Source: an uncultured virus (IMG/VR IMGVR_UViG_3300045580_000382)
Taxonomy: Duplodnaviria; Heunggongvirae; Uroviricota; Caudoviricetes
Direction: 5' to 3' (one strand)
IMG/VR virus record: IMGVR_UViG_3300045580_000382
DNA length: 64,000 nt
This document shows, in pieces, positions 10,363 to 18,714 of this stretch (positions are counted from its first letter, which is position 1; each line of letters starts with the position of its first letter). Position numbers and translations under genes: made by a program. The notes under the pieces are model-generated. The model worked only from the letters and a program-made list of their open reading frames with translations. It had not been told where the DNA came from and did no database searches.

Positions 10363-12564
10363 ATGAGCACATCGAGCCAATCCATGTTAGAGGGAATGCT
10401 CAAAGCTGTTGTCAACCGTGAAGCCACGGGGACAGCAGATACCATGCTCATGAATGCCCACTTATCCCAGATGAAAATGTTTGGGATCAGGCAGGGTGTT
10501 GAGTTCTATCCAAGCCAGGATAACTTTGGTACTCAACGATTTGATTTTATTCAGCAAGTTATCAAGTTTAATAAGCTTGATGCAAGGTTAGATTCAATCT
10601 GGGATCGATTCTTAGCCTATGGCAAAGGATTGTTCTACATGCGGCCAACCAAGAAAACATATCGTTTGTATTGGTTTGATAAAGATGCCTACCGTACTTA
10701 CTATTCACCCGATGGTGATCTAGAAGAAGTCATCATTATCTACGCTTACAAAGTAAAATCCAATCGTGGTTTTGGTGGCGTTGGTTTAGTTACTGATAAA
10801 CGCTATATGCGTTTACGAATTACACCAACTGAAATTGAAGAACTCCATAGTGAAACGGAACTAACGTTTGACTCAATGGACAGCGGCCTTACCATGAAGG
10901 ATAAGGTTGTTGAAAATAGCCTGGGTTTTATTCCTTGTGTTGAGGTTTTAAATAATCCCGATGCATTTGGTACAGAAGGAAGTGGTGAATTTGAGTGGTT
11001 ATCCAATCAAATCATTGCTCATGATGAGATGGTTAAAAACATCCGAGCAAACCTTTCCTTCTTTGGTAATCCAACTCTGCTTTCTTCTCGTCCCAAAAGT
11101 GACATTGTAGAAACGTCACGGGATGGTACGGTCCAACGTCCCAGCATTGCAAGCCAATCTGGTTTCCAATCTGAATTCTCTTTATCATCTTCTACCTATA
11201 AACAGGATCCAGTTGATCGCCAACCTGGCGGCTACATTGGTTTACCAGGTGGTGGACTACGTGTGCCCAGGGTAATTGCCAACCTGGAGCCTACTGATCG
11301 TGTTGGTTTTATTACTCCAAACGCAATCAGTACTGACCAAGCACGTTATGCAGAACAGTTACGTTCTGAGATCCGTCTTGCCTTAGGTGGTATTGACGAC
11401 CTTTCTATTACTAATGTAACCGCAACAGAAATTAAATCTGCTTACGGCCGCGTTAGTGCAACAGCTAAAAAGAAATGCCTACAGTTATATACGTATGGTA
11501 TTTGCCGTTGCTTTGAGCTAATGATCTACCAGGAAGAGCAACTCTTCCGTAAGTCATTGGCAGTTGCATCTGGTTTGAAATATCCAGTTCTTCCAGAAGA
11601 TGCAACAGAAGAGCAACTTGCCAAGCATGAAAAAGCAAAGCAGAAGTATGAGAATGGCTTAGACAAAGCCATGAATGCTGCTCTTGAAGCAAAAGAAATT
11701 CCCCCTGGCGTCATCGGTTTAGCACCAGATGGTGATCGCACTGTGCTGTGGCGCTGGATGGGACCTGTCTATGAAGACACTCCACAAGATAAAGTTAATC
11801 AATCTATCTTTACCCGTAACTTACAAGAATTGGGTGTTGATAGTATTGAGGCACTCAAGTACTTGTTCCCGTCTAAAACTGATGACGAGGTGGCAGAAAT
11901 GTTATCTGGTTATCCGTTCCGGATGGTTGGCCAGGTACAAAGAGCGTACTCTGCATTCCTTGATCTCATTAATCAAGAAATGCGGACACCGCATCCTCAG
12001 CGCCCTGATCTTCCGTTGGCAGCTGATCCGCGTCTTGATCTGACGCCATTCCTTTACAGAACACTCGAAAGTTTACAGAAAGAGGTAACTTATGCAGGCC
12101 GATACCGCAGCGCCGATCCAATCGGTACCCCAACAGTATTCGACCCCGCCGACCAGCTACGCGGCAGCTCCGACAGCAGCGGTGGCAACGACCAGTCAAT
12201 GGGTACCAGCAACACCACCGTCTCCGGGTCCGCAGGCACAAATAGCGACAGCACCTTACGCCCCTATCCAGTCGTACCCGCAAGCCCAACCTACAGCGGA
12301 GAATCCGTACAAGGAGGCGTTCAACAGGGTGGTGTCGCTCCTGAGTTCACCAGTCCCCTTCCCGTTCCAGGGTCAACAGTCCGCAGGGATCCCAGGAGTC
12401 GACCCGGGGAGCTTCAGTTCCCAACAGAACGCGGGGTACAGCAACAATTCGGTAGCCCCGATTTATCCCTCCAGCCCGGGTTACTCGCCCAGTTATTCCC
12501 AAACATCACCGGAAATAACAACACAACAACTTCTAGCAAACGGAGTAAGTCCAGCAAGTCTTGA
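10363..12564 (+). CDS. Portal protein with disordered C-terminal extension
   Basis: Size and position after TerL; portal-like segments LGFIPCV, EIRLALGGID, TATEIKS, LKYLFPSKTDDEV. Confidence 0.8.
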   Translation: MSTSSQSMLEGMLKAVVNREATGTADTMLMNAHLSQMKMFGIRQGVEFYPSQDNFGTQRFDFIQQVIKFNKLDARLDSIWDRFLAYGKGLFYMRPTKKTYRLYWFDKDAYRTYYSPDGDLEEVIIIYAYKVKSNRGFGGVGLVTDKRYMRLRITPTEIEELHSETELTFDSMDSGLTMKDKVVENSLGFIPCVEVLNNPDAFGTEGSGEFEWLSNQIIAHDEMVKNIRANLSFFGNPTLLSSRPKSDIVETSRDGTVQRPSIASQSGFQSEFSLSSSTYKQDPVDRQPGGYIGLPGGGLRVPRVIANLEPTDRVGFITPNAISTDQARYAEQLRSEIRLALGGIDDLSITNVTATEIKSAYGRVSATAKKKCLQLYTYGICRCFELMIYQEEQLFRKSLAVASGLKYPVLPEDATEEQLAKHEKAKQKYENGLDKAMNAALEAKEIPPGVIGLAPDGDRTVLWRWMGPVYEDTPQDKVNQSIFTRNLQELGVDSIEALKYLFPSKTDDEVAEMLSGYPFRMVGQVQRAYSAFLDLINQEMRTPHPQRPDLPLAADPRLDLTPFLYRTLESLQKEVTYAGRYRSADPIGTPTVFDPADQLRGSSDSSGGNDQSMGTSNTTVSGSAGTNSDSTLRPYPVVPASPTYSGESVQGGVQQGGVAPEFTSPLPVPGSTVRRDPRSRPGELQFPTERGVQQQFGSPDLSLQPGLLAQLFPNITGNNNTTTSSKRSKSSKS

Positions 12565-13255
12565 AGTTATTGATCACTTTGGTGCTGATGCACCGGCTGT
12601 TCTTAATGAATATTCTTGCACGCTGGAAGATGCGTTAATTACACGTTATTCCCAGCTGGAAGAATCGGTTGGTTTGCTTCAAGAGTTAGCACGAGAGCAT
12701 CAAGCTTATGAAGCAATTCTGACAGATCCTGATATCCTGGCAGACTATACCTGTGAGTTCTTTGGTCCTAACGGTCCTTATCCTGTTAACCAAGACTCGG
12801 AAGAAAACGGTTTCTATGATGCAGAAGGTTACTACTATGATCCGTATGGTTATTACGATCTAGACGGTACCTATTACTATGACGATTACTACAACTCTGG
12901 CAATCCAGAGGTGTATAACAATAGTTATGACTACGGTTATGACAATAGCTATGACTATGGTTATGGTCAGGAAACTTATTATGACCCCAATAGCTATGGT
13001 TATGACTCTGGTTATGACTCTGGTTATGACAGCGGCTATGACACTGGCTACGAAGCTGCTTATGACAACAGCAACTATTTAGAGCGTCCGTCTCTGCCAG
13101 TGCCGCCTCACCCAGAAAATACAGTTGATGGTCAAAGCTTCTGGAACAACTTTGGTAATGTTGCTGAACGTGATCCAGCCAATGCCTGGCGTTATCTGAG
13201 TGCCGCACAACGCAATCCTAATGTGTTCCGCCAAAAGCTCCTGGTGATGGACTGA
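12092..13255 (+). CDS. Putative capsid scaffolding protein with Tyr/Asp-rich insertion
   Basis: AGAGGT RBS inside the portal gene; Pro/Gln-rich N-terminus, acidic helical core and short conserved-looking C-terminus; lies between portal and MCP. Confidence 0.65.
   Translation: MQADTAAPIQSVPQQYSTPPTSYAAAPTAAVATTSQWVPATPPSPGPQAQIATAPYAPIQSYPQAQPTAENPYKEAFNRVVSLLSSPVPFPFQGQQSAGIPGVDPGSFSSQQNAGYSNNSVAPIYPSSPGYSPSYSQTSPEITTQQLLANGVSPASLEVIDHFGADAPAVLNEYSCTLEDALITRYSQLEESVGLLQELAREHQAYEAILTDPDILADYTCEFFGPNGPYPVNQDSEENGFYDAEGYYYDPYGYYDLDGTYYYDDYYNSGNPEVYNNSYDYGYDNSYDYGYGQETYYDPNSYGYDSGYDSGYDSGYDTGYEAAYDNSNYLERPSLPVPPHPENTVDGQSFWNNFGNVAERDPANAWRYLSAAQRNPNVFRQKLLVMD
12998..13057 (+). repeat. 12-nt tandem repeat x5 (GYDS-like)
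   Basis: ggttatgactct x2, ggttatgacagc, ggctatgacact, ggctacgaagct. Confidence 0.85.
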
Positions 13256-13282
13256 TCATCTAAAAACAATTAAATGTAGAAT

Positions 13283-13309
13283 AAGGGGTAGTAGTTACTG
13301 CCCCTTTTT
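13283..13309 (+). terminator. Intrinsic terminator after scaffold gene
   Basis: ggggtagt/actgcccc stem followed by a T-run; a TAGAAT -10-like hexamer abuts it. Confidence 0.7.
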
Positions 13310-13320
13310 AATGTAAAGAT

Positions 13321-13902
13321 ATGGCGATGCTTCCTGAATCTATGCGTACATCTGCTGCTTATTTAGGTGGTGGTATTGCACGTGGTCTTGAACAGCGAGG
13401 TTCCCTACTTTCAAGCATGGGCCAACAACTTGCAAACACTGGTTCTTCTGCTCCTGTTAAAGAAAAAGTAGGGCAGTTTCTACAAGCAGTTGGTCAACCT
13501 GTTCAAAATTTTGCCGGCATGGTTGGCAAGAAAGGAGGAATGAGCAAGCGTGATCTTGGGCTTGTTGCTGAGAGTCTTGCTGTTGGCGGAGCATTTGTTG
13601 GTGGCATGGGTGCTACCGCTGGTGCTAATGCGTTAACAAACTTCTTTGCTCAGAATAATTTTAATCGTCAATCCGAAGTTGGTGCTGTAGGCTCCAGCCC
13701 AATGCCACAGGATTTACAAACTGGTTATATTGCTTTAAATAATTACGGTTCGCCATTGACTGGCATGAACATTGCACACCTTGGTAATGTGCGTGCATCT
13801 CAGTTAAAGCAACGTCTTTTAGCTAATGCTTTATCTGCAAGTGTAAGTTCTGGTGCAGGCCCTGTTGGTATTGACACCATGGAAGCTGTCAAACGCGGTT
13901 AA
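13321..13902 (+). CDS. Gly/Ala-rich protein with a transmembrane-like segment
   Basis: 193-aa ORF containing LAVGGAFVGGMGATAGA. Confidence 0.6.
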   Translation: MAMLPESMRTSAAYLGGGIARGLEQRGSLLSSMGQQLANTGSSAPVKEKVGQFLQAVGQPVQNFAGMVGKKGGMSKRDLGLVAESLAVGGAFVGGMGATAGANALTNFFAQNNFNRQSEVGAVGSSPMPQDLQTGYIALNNYGSPLTGMNIAHLGNVRASQLKQRLLANALSASVSSGAGPVGIDTMEAVKRG

Positions 13903-13910
13903 ACAAAATC

Positions 13911-14078
13911 ATGACTAAGAAAGAAGAATCAAAGCAATTTCTTGCTAACTTTATTAAGCCGGAAGTTACAAGTGAAGTAATTACGCTTCAACCACAAGAA
14001 ATAAATCCGTTTGAACGCATGGGTCCTGTACCTAGTGTCATGTACAGCGGCATTAATCGTCCCGGCAATCCTTTCTAA
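13911..14078 (+). CDS. 55-aa hypothetical protein (not in ORF track)
   Basis: Translated by hand as MTKKEESKQFLANFIKPEVTSEVITLQ...GNPF; it fills the intergenic gap. Confidence 0.6.
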   Translation: MTKKEESKQFLANFIKPEVTSEVITLQPQEINPFERMGPVPSVMYSGINRPGNPF

Positions 14079-14101
14079 CCTGGTAGTTAAAAGGTTACAC
14101 T

Positions 14102-14764
14102 GTGAATCCAGAAGCTAAAAACTTTTTACAGGGAGCCATTGCAACAGCTGGTGCAGTTAGTGCTTATGGATTAGGTAACCTGGCCGCTAAACAGTATCGT
14201 AAGAAAGGATACGAAGAAACTGGCAGTGCTTTTGTACAACCAGCACAGCAAAACATTTTAAATCAATACACAGAAACAACAGGACAAGTAGCGCCGACAG
14301 TATCTCCAAATATGCTGCCATCTGGTGTTAGCTATTCGCAAGGTGATAATGTCTCGTTAAACTTCCCAACTGCAAGTAAGTTCACGCTTGGCCATGAATT
14401 AGGCCATCAATCTATTGCAAAAGGAAATGATATCTTTCGTTTTGCCCAAGAAAAAACGTATTCAGGTTTAAATCCAAATGTTATTGGCCTTGCTACGGTC
14501 GGTGTTGGGGCCTTGGTTCCTTCTGTTCGGCGTGCAACTTCTCTTGCTCTGGGGATTAACTACTTAAATCACAGCGGACGCATTGCAGCAGAAGCGGAAG
14601 CAAGTCGCCGTGGCACTAAGTTACTGAATCAAGCTGGCTATCCAGTTTCGCCAGCTCCAGGTTTCTATCAAGCTGCTTCTTATGCTGCTGCTCCTGCTGT
14701 TACTGCTTTAGGGGGATTAGCAGCAGGACGGTTCCTGCGCTCCTTTAAAGACAGGATCAAGTAA
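14102..14764 (+). CDS. Putative membrane-associated zinc metallopeptidase
   Basis: HELGH (HExxH) with downstream EAEASRRG third-ligand motif and hydrophobic helices. Confidence 0.7.
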   Translation: MNPEAKNFLQGAIATAGAVSAYGLGNLAAKQYRKKGYEETGSAFVQPAQQNILNQYTETTGQVAPTVSPNMLPSGVSYSQGDNVSLNFPTASKFTLGHELGHQSIAKGNDIFRFAQEKTYSGLNPNVIGLATVGVGALVPSVRRATSLALGINYLNHSGRIAAEAEASRRGTKLLNQAGYPVSPAPGFYQAASYAAAPAVTALGGLAAGRFLRSFKDRIK

Positions 14765-14790
14765 ACTTATTAACCTTAGTAGATAAGTTT

Positions 14791-14799
14791 TGCTATAAT
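14791..14799 (+). promoter_or_regulatory. Extended -10 promoter for the capsid operon
   Basis: TGcTATAAT about 105 nt upstream of the MCP start. Confidence 0.7.
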
Positions 14800-14805
14800 T
14801 TTATC

Positions 14806-14903
14806 AATGGGACGGAAGTTCCCAGATCTTTTAATGGCTTCTGTCATTATGTAGGGATCTTCTCGATCTCCGGTATCAGCTAAACCTACGCTGAAGAACC
14901 AAC
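14806..14903 (+). promoter_or_regulatory. Structured 5' leader of the major capsid gene
   Basis: Four consecutive hairpins, one with a GGAA GNRA loop, plus a possible alternative or pseudoknot pairing; no obvious SD. Confidence 0.5.
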
Positions 14904-16046
14904 ATGTTTATTGATAACGATTTCCCTAAGCTGTTGGGCGCGGAACTCTACCGTCCCCACCCAGCTTATATCGTGGAGATGGCTTGTGAGCCAGTTGTTG
15001 TCCACGATTTTACTAAGCAACCTGGTCAAACCGTTCAGTTAGACCGGTACCGTTTCTGGGGTAACCCTGGTACCAAGACCAACCGTGAGCGTACCCAGGA
15101 TCAAACCATTGGTACCGCCAACAGCCGGTCCATTGTGAAGGACAAAGTGCTGGTGTCTCTCCGTGAGTACACCGGTCCTGCTGACCCGAACAATGCCAAC
15201 CTCCCGAGCACCTTCAAGATTGCTCGTGAGACCCTGATGACCGCTCAGCGTTTACTGCTGGATACCGGGAACCTTAATATGTTCCACCAGTCCATCGGTT
15301 CGCTGACCCTGCTGGATGACTATCGCCGCTGGCGCGACCGCGTGTTCTTGGACGAGATGTTCAAGTCCGAGTCCCGTGGTCAGTCCTCCGATAGCCAAGG
15401 TGGTTACTACTACCCGAATAACAAAGCTAAGACCGGCGCTACCACGCTGACTGCTTACACCGCTACCGAGTATGCGTCTGAGCGTTACCAGTTTAACGTG
15501 AAGAACGACCTGCTCAACGTGGTCAAGAGCCTGCGCAAGCGTAACGTTCCTGTCTTTGCTGACGGCTACTATCGCTGTATCGCTGATCCCTCTTTCATGA
15601 AGGATCTGCGTGCTGACCAAGGCTTCCGTGAAGTTGCTCGCTATCCGGGTTTTGCTCCTGGCAACCCCCTGATGAGCGGCATGAATCCTAACGCTGCCAT
15701 CTATGGCGGTGGTCAGTACGGCCAAGCTCAGTTTGTGGGCGGTGAACCCACCATGCCTTCTGGCTTCGTGTTTGAAGGTGTGCGGTTCTTTGAATCCACC
15801 AACTTCCCAACCAAGTCCATTACCGTTGATATTGGCGACGGTGCTGGCGCTGTTTCCCACGACACTCCTCCTGCTCTGTTCTTCGGTCCTCAGGCAGTGG
15901 GTGTTGGCATTGGTGGTCCTAATGCTCAGGTCCTCATCAATAACAATGATGACTTCAGCCGCTTTATCATTCTGATTTGGCAGCTGTACGCTGGCTTCGC
16001 CAACCTGAACAAGGACTTTATTACCACTGCTTTCACCATCGTTTGA
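14904..16046 (+). CDS. Major capsid protein (HK97 fold)
   Basis: 380 aa downstream of portal and scaffold; strongly C-ending codon bias; PGQTVQL E-loop-like segment, YYRCIADP, FEGVRFFEST, FFGPQAVG, DDFSR. Confidence 0.85.
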   Translation: MFIDNDFPKLLGAELYRPHPAYIVEMACEPVVVHDFTKQPGQTVQLDRYRFWGNPGTKTNRERTQDQTIGTANSRSIVKDKVLVSLREYTGPADPNNANLPSTFKIARETLMTAQRLLLDTGNLNMFHQSIGSLTLLDDYRRWRDRVFLDEMFKSESRGQSSDSQGGYYYPNNKAKTGATTLTAYTATEYASERYQFNVKNDLLNVVKSLRKRNVPVFADGYYRCIADPSFMKDLRADQGFREVARYPGFAPGNPLMSGMNPNAAIYGGGQYGQAQFVGGEPTMPSGFVFEGVRFFESTNFPTKSITVDIGDGAGAVSHDTPPALFFGPQAVGVGIGGPNAQVLINNNDDFSRFIILIWQLYAGFANLNKDFITTAFTIV

Positions 16047-16064
16047 GGAAGGAGGTAATTAACA

Positions 16065-16883
16065 ATGGCTTTTTACAAAGAAGAAGCGGGCTCTATTCTG
16101 TATCCCGGTAACCAAATTAATCGCCTTTCCTCCTTTAACACCGAAGGTGTTTTTGGCTGGCCTGGCGTTGAAGCTTTCGAGCTGATTGGCTACGTCAAAA
16201 TCGATAACCTCGCTGCTGACAAAGCTAGCTACAAGAGCTTCGATATCACTGTTCCTTCTCCTGATCGTCGTCCTGATGATCGGGTTCGTGACAACCGCAC
16301 CTCTCTTGTGGTGCAGGCTAGCGCTGATCGCCCTGCCTATGTGTATGGCGCTTCTATCGCTATTGGCCAGGATATTCCTGCTGGTGGTGAGCCTAGCTTC
16401 CCTGCCTCGCCTGTGACTGCTGCTATTGGCGGCACCACTGGCGAAGGTCTGCTGCTTGGTCCTAACAACTCTGGTGCACCGTTTGGTGTTCCTGCAACCC
16501 AAGCTAATGGTCTAGCTGCTGCTAGCTCCATTGTTTCTGCAACTAGCTCGCTGTTTGCTCAGGGCCTGAGCGACACAACTGTTGGCGACTTGCCCTTCTG
16601 GACCAGCGTGACTACTGCTGGCATCGTGGCTGCTGATGCTGCCAACTCGATGTTCTACAAAGTCACTGCAGACACCACCTTTAAGGTGTTCAACGTGAAC
16701 GGCGTTACCTCCACCACTGTGGATGGCGACGGTGTGTTCATTAGCCAAGCTGACAAAGATGCCGGCCGCGCTGGCTACATCCTGTGCCGCGTGAACTATC
16801 TGCGTCCTGCCAAGTCCGTTGTTTGGGAAGATATCAATGAGTTCATTGATTTTGCTTCTCAAATTGGCGGTACTGATAGCTGA
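16065..16883 (+). CDS. Putative capsid decoration/minor structural protein
   Basis: GGAGG RBS, same codon bias as MCP, beta-rich. Confidence 0.6.
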   Translation: MAFYKEEAGSILYPGNQINRLSSFNTEGVFGWPGVEAFELIGYVKIDNLAADKASYKSFDITVPSPDRRPDDRVRDNRTSLVVQASADRPAYVYGASIAIGQDIPAGGEPSFPASPVTAAIGGTTGEGLLLGPNNSGAPFGVPATQANGLAAASSIVSATSSLFAQGLSDTTVGDLPFWTSVTTAGIVAADAANSMFYKVTADTTFKVFNVNGVTSTTVDGDGVFISQADKDAGRAGYILCRVNYLRPAKSVVWEDINEFIDFASQIGGTDS

Positions 16884-16937
16884 TCATTGATTAGCTGAGT
16901 TAAGGTTGGTATTGTATTGGTAGTTGCCTTTATTTAA

Positions 16938-17378
16938 ATGCTCTACCAATACAAACCAACTGGTCAACTCGTTGAAATGATTTCTCACCACGGTGATGGA
17001 ATCATGATGTGCATCGATGCACAGGATGAAGTTCTTTATATTGAACGAGAAGATCTGATTCCTCATATCGCTGCAACAAACGAAAAAGATCGGACTGAAA
17101 AGCGCCTTACCGAGAAGCTGAAAACTGAAGGCGTTAATCCTCCTACTCCGACCAATAAAGAGAGTTTTCCGATTGATATGCGGATTAATATCAATACGGC
17201 AACTGCTCGCCAAATTGCAGATCATCTCCCTGGCGTTGGTCTAAAGACTGCACGGGACATTAAAGATCTGCAGACCAGCATGGCAGGTGAAAAGTTTGTA
17301 CGCCTGGATCAACTGAAACAAATTAAGCGTGTTGATTGGGATGAGATCTTCAAAGAAAATCTTGTTCGTGTCGAATAA
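16938..17378 (+). CDS. Helix-hairpin-helix (ComEA-like) DNA-binding protein
   Basis: RININTATARQIADHLPGVGLKTARDI...FVRLDQLKQI. Confidence 0.75.
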   Translation: MLYQYKPTGQLVEMISHHGDGIMMCIDAQDEVLYIEREDLIPHIAATNEKDRTEKRLTEKLKTEGVNPPTPTNKESFPIDMRININTATARQIADHLPGVGLKTARDIKDLQTSMAGEKFVRLDQLKQIKRVDWDEIFKENLVRVE

Positions 17379-17456
17379 TAGTTGCAATAACTGAAAACTT
17401 GACCGTGTTAAGCTATTAATAGAGGACTAGATCCTCTACGCTGTTAGAGTTTTCTA

Positions 17457-17936
17457 ATGCAACTTGATAGTTTCCTCAAGTCAAAAATTCGTTGGCACCT
17501 GGGATATAACACCACATCTATCCCTGCCGGTGATCTTGCCCGACTTGAAGAAGCTTTAAATAACGTACCGGATTCTTTCTGGTACCAGAAATTAGTTGAA
17601 CAAATCACTCGGTGCGATGAGGCTGAAAAACGCACCGATATGACTGGTAGTGTGAACAACGATGTTGTTCCTAGGAATCGTTTGGAGAATATTGCTGGTG
17701 ACGTTGATCGTACTATCACAACAACTGATTTCCGAGATACCCTAAAAGCCTGGACTGAAATTTATTTGTATGAAACTGATCGCTTAGCTCACCACCTTTA
17801 CGTGGCTAACTATAGGAATCCTATGCAAGCCCGTTATCGCTTCGAGCGGGAAGGCGCTGAGTTTATCCAAGCTCTACCCGGACCCGCAGACGTGGCAGTC
17901 GGGACACGCTTCTACTTCGAGTACAACTTCCGATAA
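17457..17936 (+). CDS. Putative head-tail adaptor
   Basis: N-terminal KSKIRWHLGY; helical 159 aa; position after the head genes. Confidence 0.45.
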   Translation: MQLDSFLKSKIRWHLGYNTTSIPAGDLARLEEALNNVPDSFWYQKLVEQITRCDEAEKRTDMTGSVNNDVVPRNRLENIAGDVDRTITTTDFRDTLKAWTEIYLYETDRLAHHLYVANYRNPMQARYRFEREGAEFIQALPGPADVAVGTRFYFEYNFR

Positions 17937-17940
17937 GCCT

Positions 17941-18705
17941 GTGTCTGACCTTCGTCAACGTTACGAAACCCTGCTTCAGCGTCCTGAAGTACGTGCTCTG
18001 CTCAATACGATTCGCTACGCAGAGGGTACGCCAGGACAAGCCGGCTATCAAACAATGTTTGGTGGCGGTAAATTTGATACGTCCAAAGGATGGCAACATC
18101 CGGACAAAGTTATTAAAAGTGGCGGTTATGCTAGTAGCGCTGCTGGTGCCTATCAATTCTTACAACCGACATGGCAAGGCACAGCAAAAGCACTTGGCTT
18201 ACCGGACTTCAGCCCTAAATCGCAAGACCTTGCTGCTCTTTACTTAATTGATAAAAAGCGAGGCGCACTAGAACCTTTCTTAAGAGGAGAAAAATTTGGA
18301 ACTGTTACTAACAAGCTTGCTCCAGAGTGGGCTTCATTGCCAACATCTGGTGGAGGGAGCTACTACGGGCAGCCTTCTAAACCACTCGGTGACCTGTACA
18401 AGTACTACGAACAACAAAAACAACAGCTGGCAGGACAAGGTGTACCTAGCCAACAACAAGCACAAGCACAGCAACCAGAACAAGCCGTTGCTCAACAGCA
18501 AGGACAACCTGGTGTTCCGACGATTAACATTACCGTTAATCGCAGAGGTCAAGGCCAGCAACAAACAGATCCTATTGTAGCTTTCCTTGATCAGTATAGA
18601 AGGTCTCGTGAGCAACGTGCTGCGATTCCTTCTCCTTTAGAGATGGCACAGAACCTAGTCAGCACTCCAAAGGTTGACTACTTCAACTTAGGTTCATCCT
18701 TTTAA
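17941..18705 (+). CDS. Lambda-type muramidase (lytic transglycosylase) with Gln-rich linker and C-terminal tag
   Basis: ALLNTIRYAEGT, SSAAGAYQFL, DFSPKSQD, EWASLP, YYGQP. Confidence 0.9.
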   Translation: MSDLRQRYETLLQRPEVRALLNTIRYAEGTPGQAGYQTMFGGGKFDTSKGWQHPDKVIKSGGYASSAAGAYQFLQPTWQGTAKALGLPDFSPKSQDLAALYLIDKKRGALEPFLRGEKFGTVTNKLAPEWASLPTSGGGSYYGQPSKPLGDLYKYYEQQKQQLAGQGVPSQQQAQAQQPEQAVAQQQGQPGVPTINITVNRRGQGQQQTDPIVAFLDQYRRSREQRAAIPSPLEMAQNLVSTPKVDYFNLGSSF

Positions 18706-18714
18706 TTTATAACA

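Noticed and set aside
14809..14823. GGACGGAAGT resembling part of the glnA glutamine riboswitch
   Set aside because: The flanking CGUU and GAAGGAACG P1 elements are absent; the segment folds as a simple GNRA hairpin.
15252..15860. 202-aa antisense ORF inside the major capsid gene
   Set aside because: Typical by-product of strong codon bias; no recognisable motifs.
16938..17378. Photosystem II PsbU homologue
   Set aside because: Only the generic HhH pattern is shared; there is no signal peptide, and the LPGVG motif is ComEA-like.
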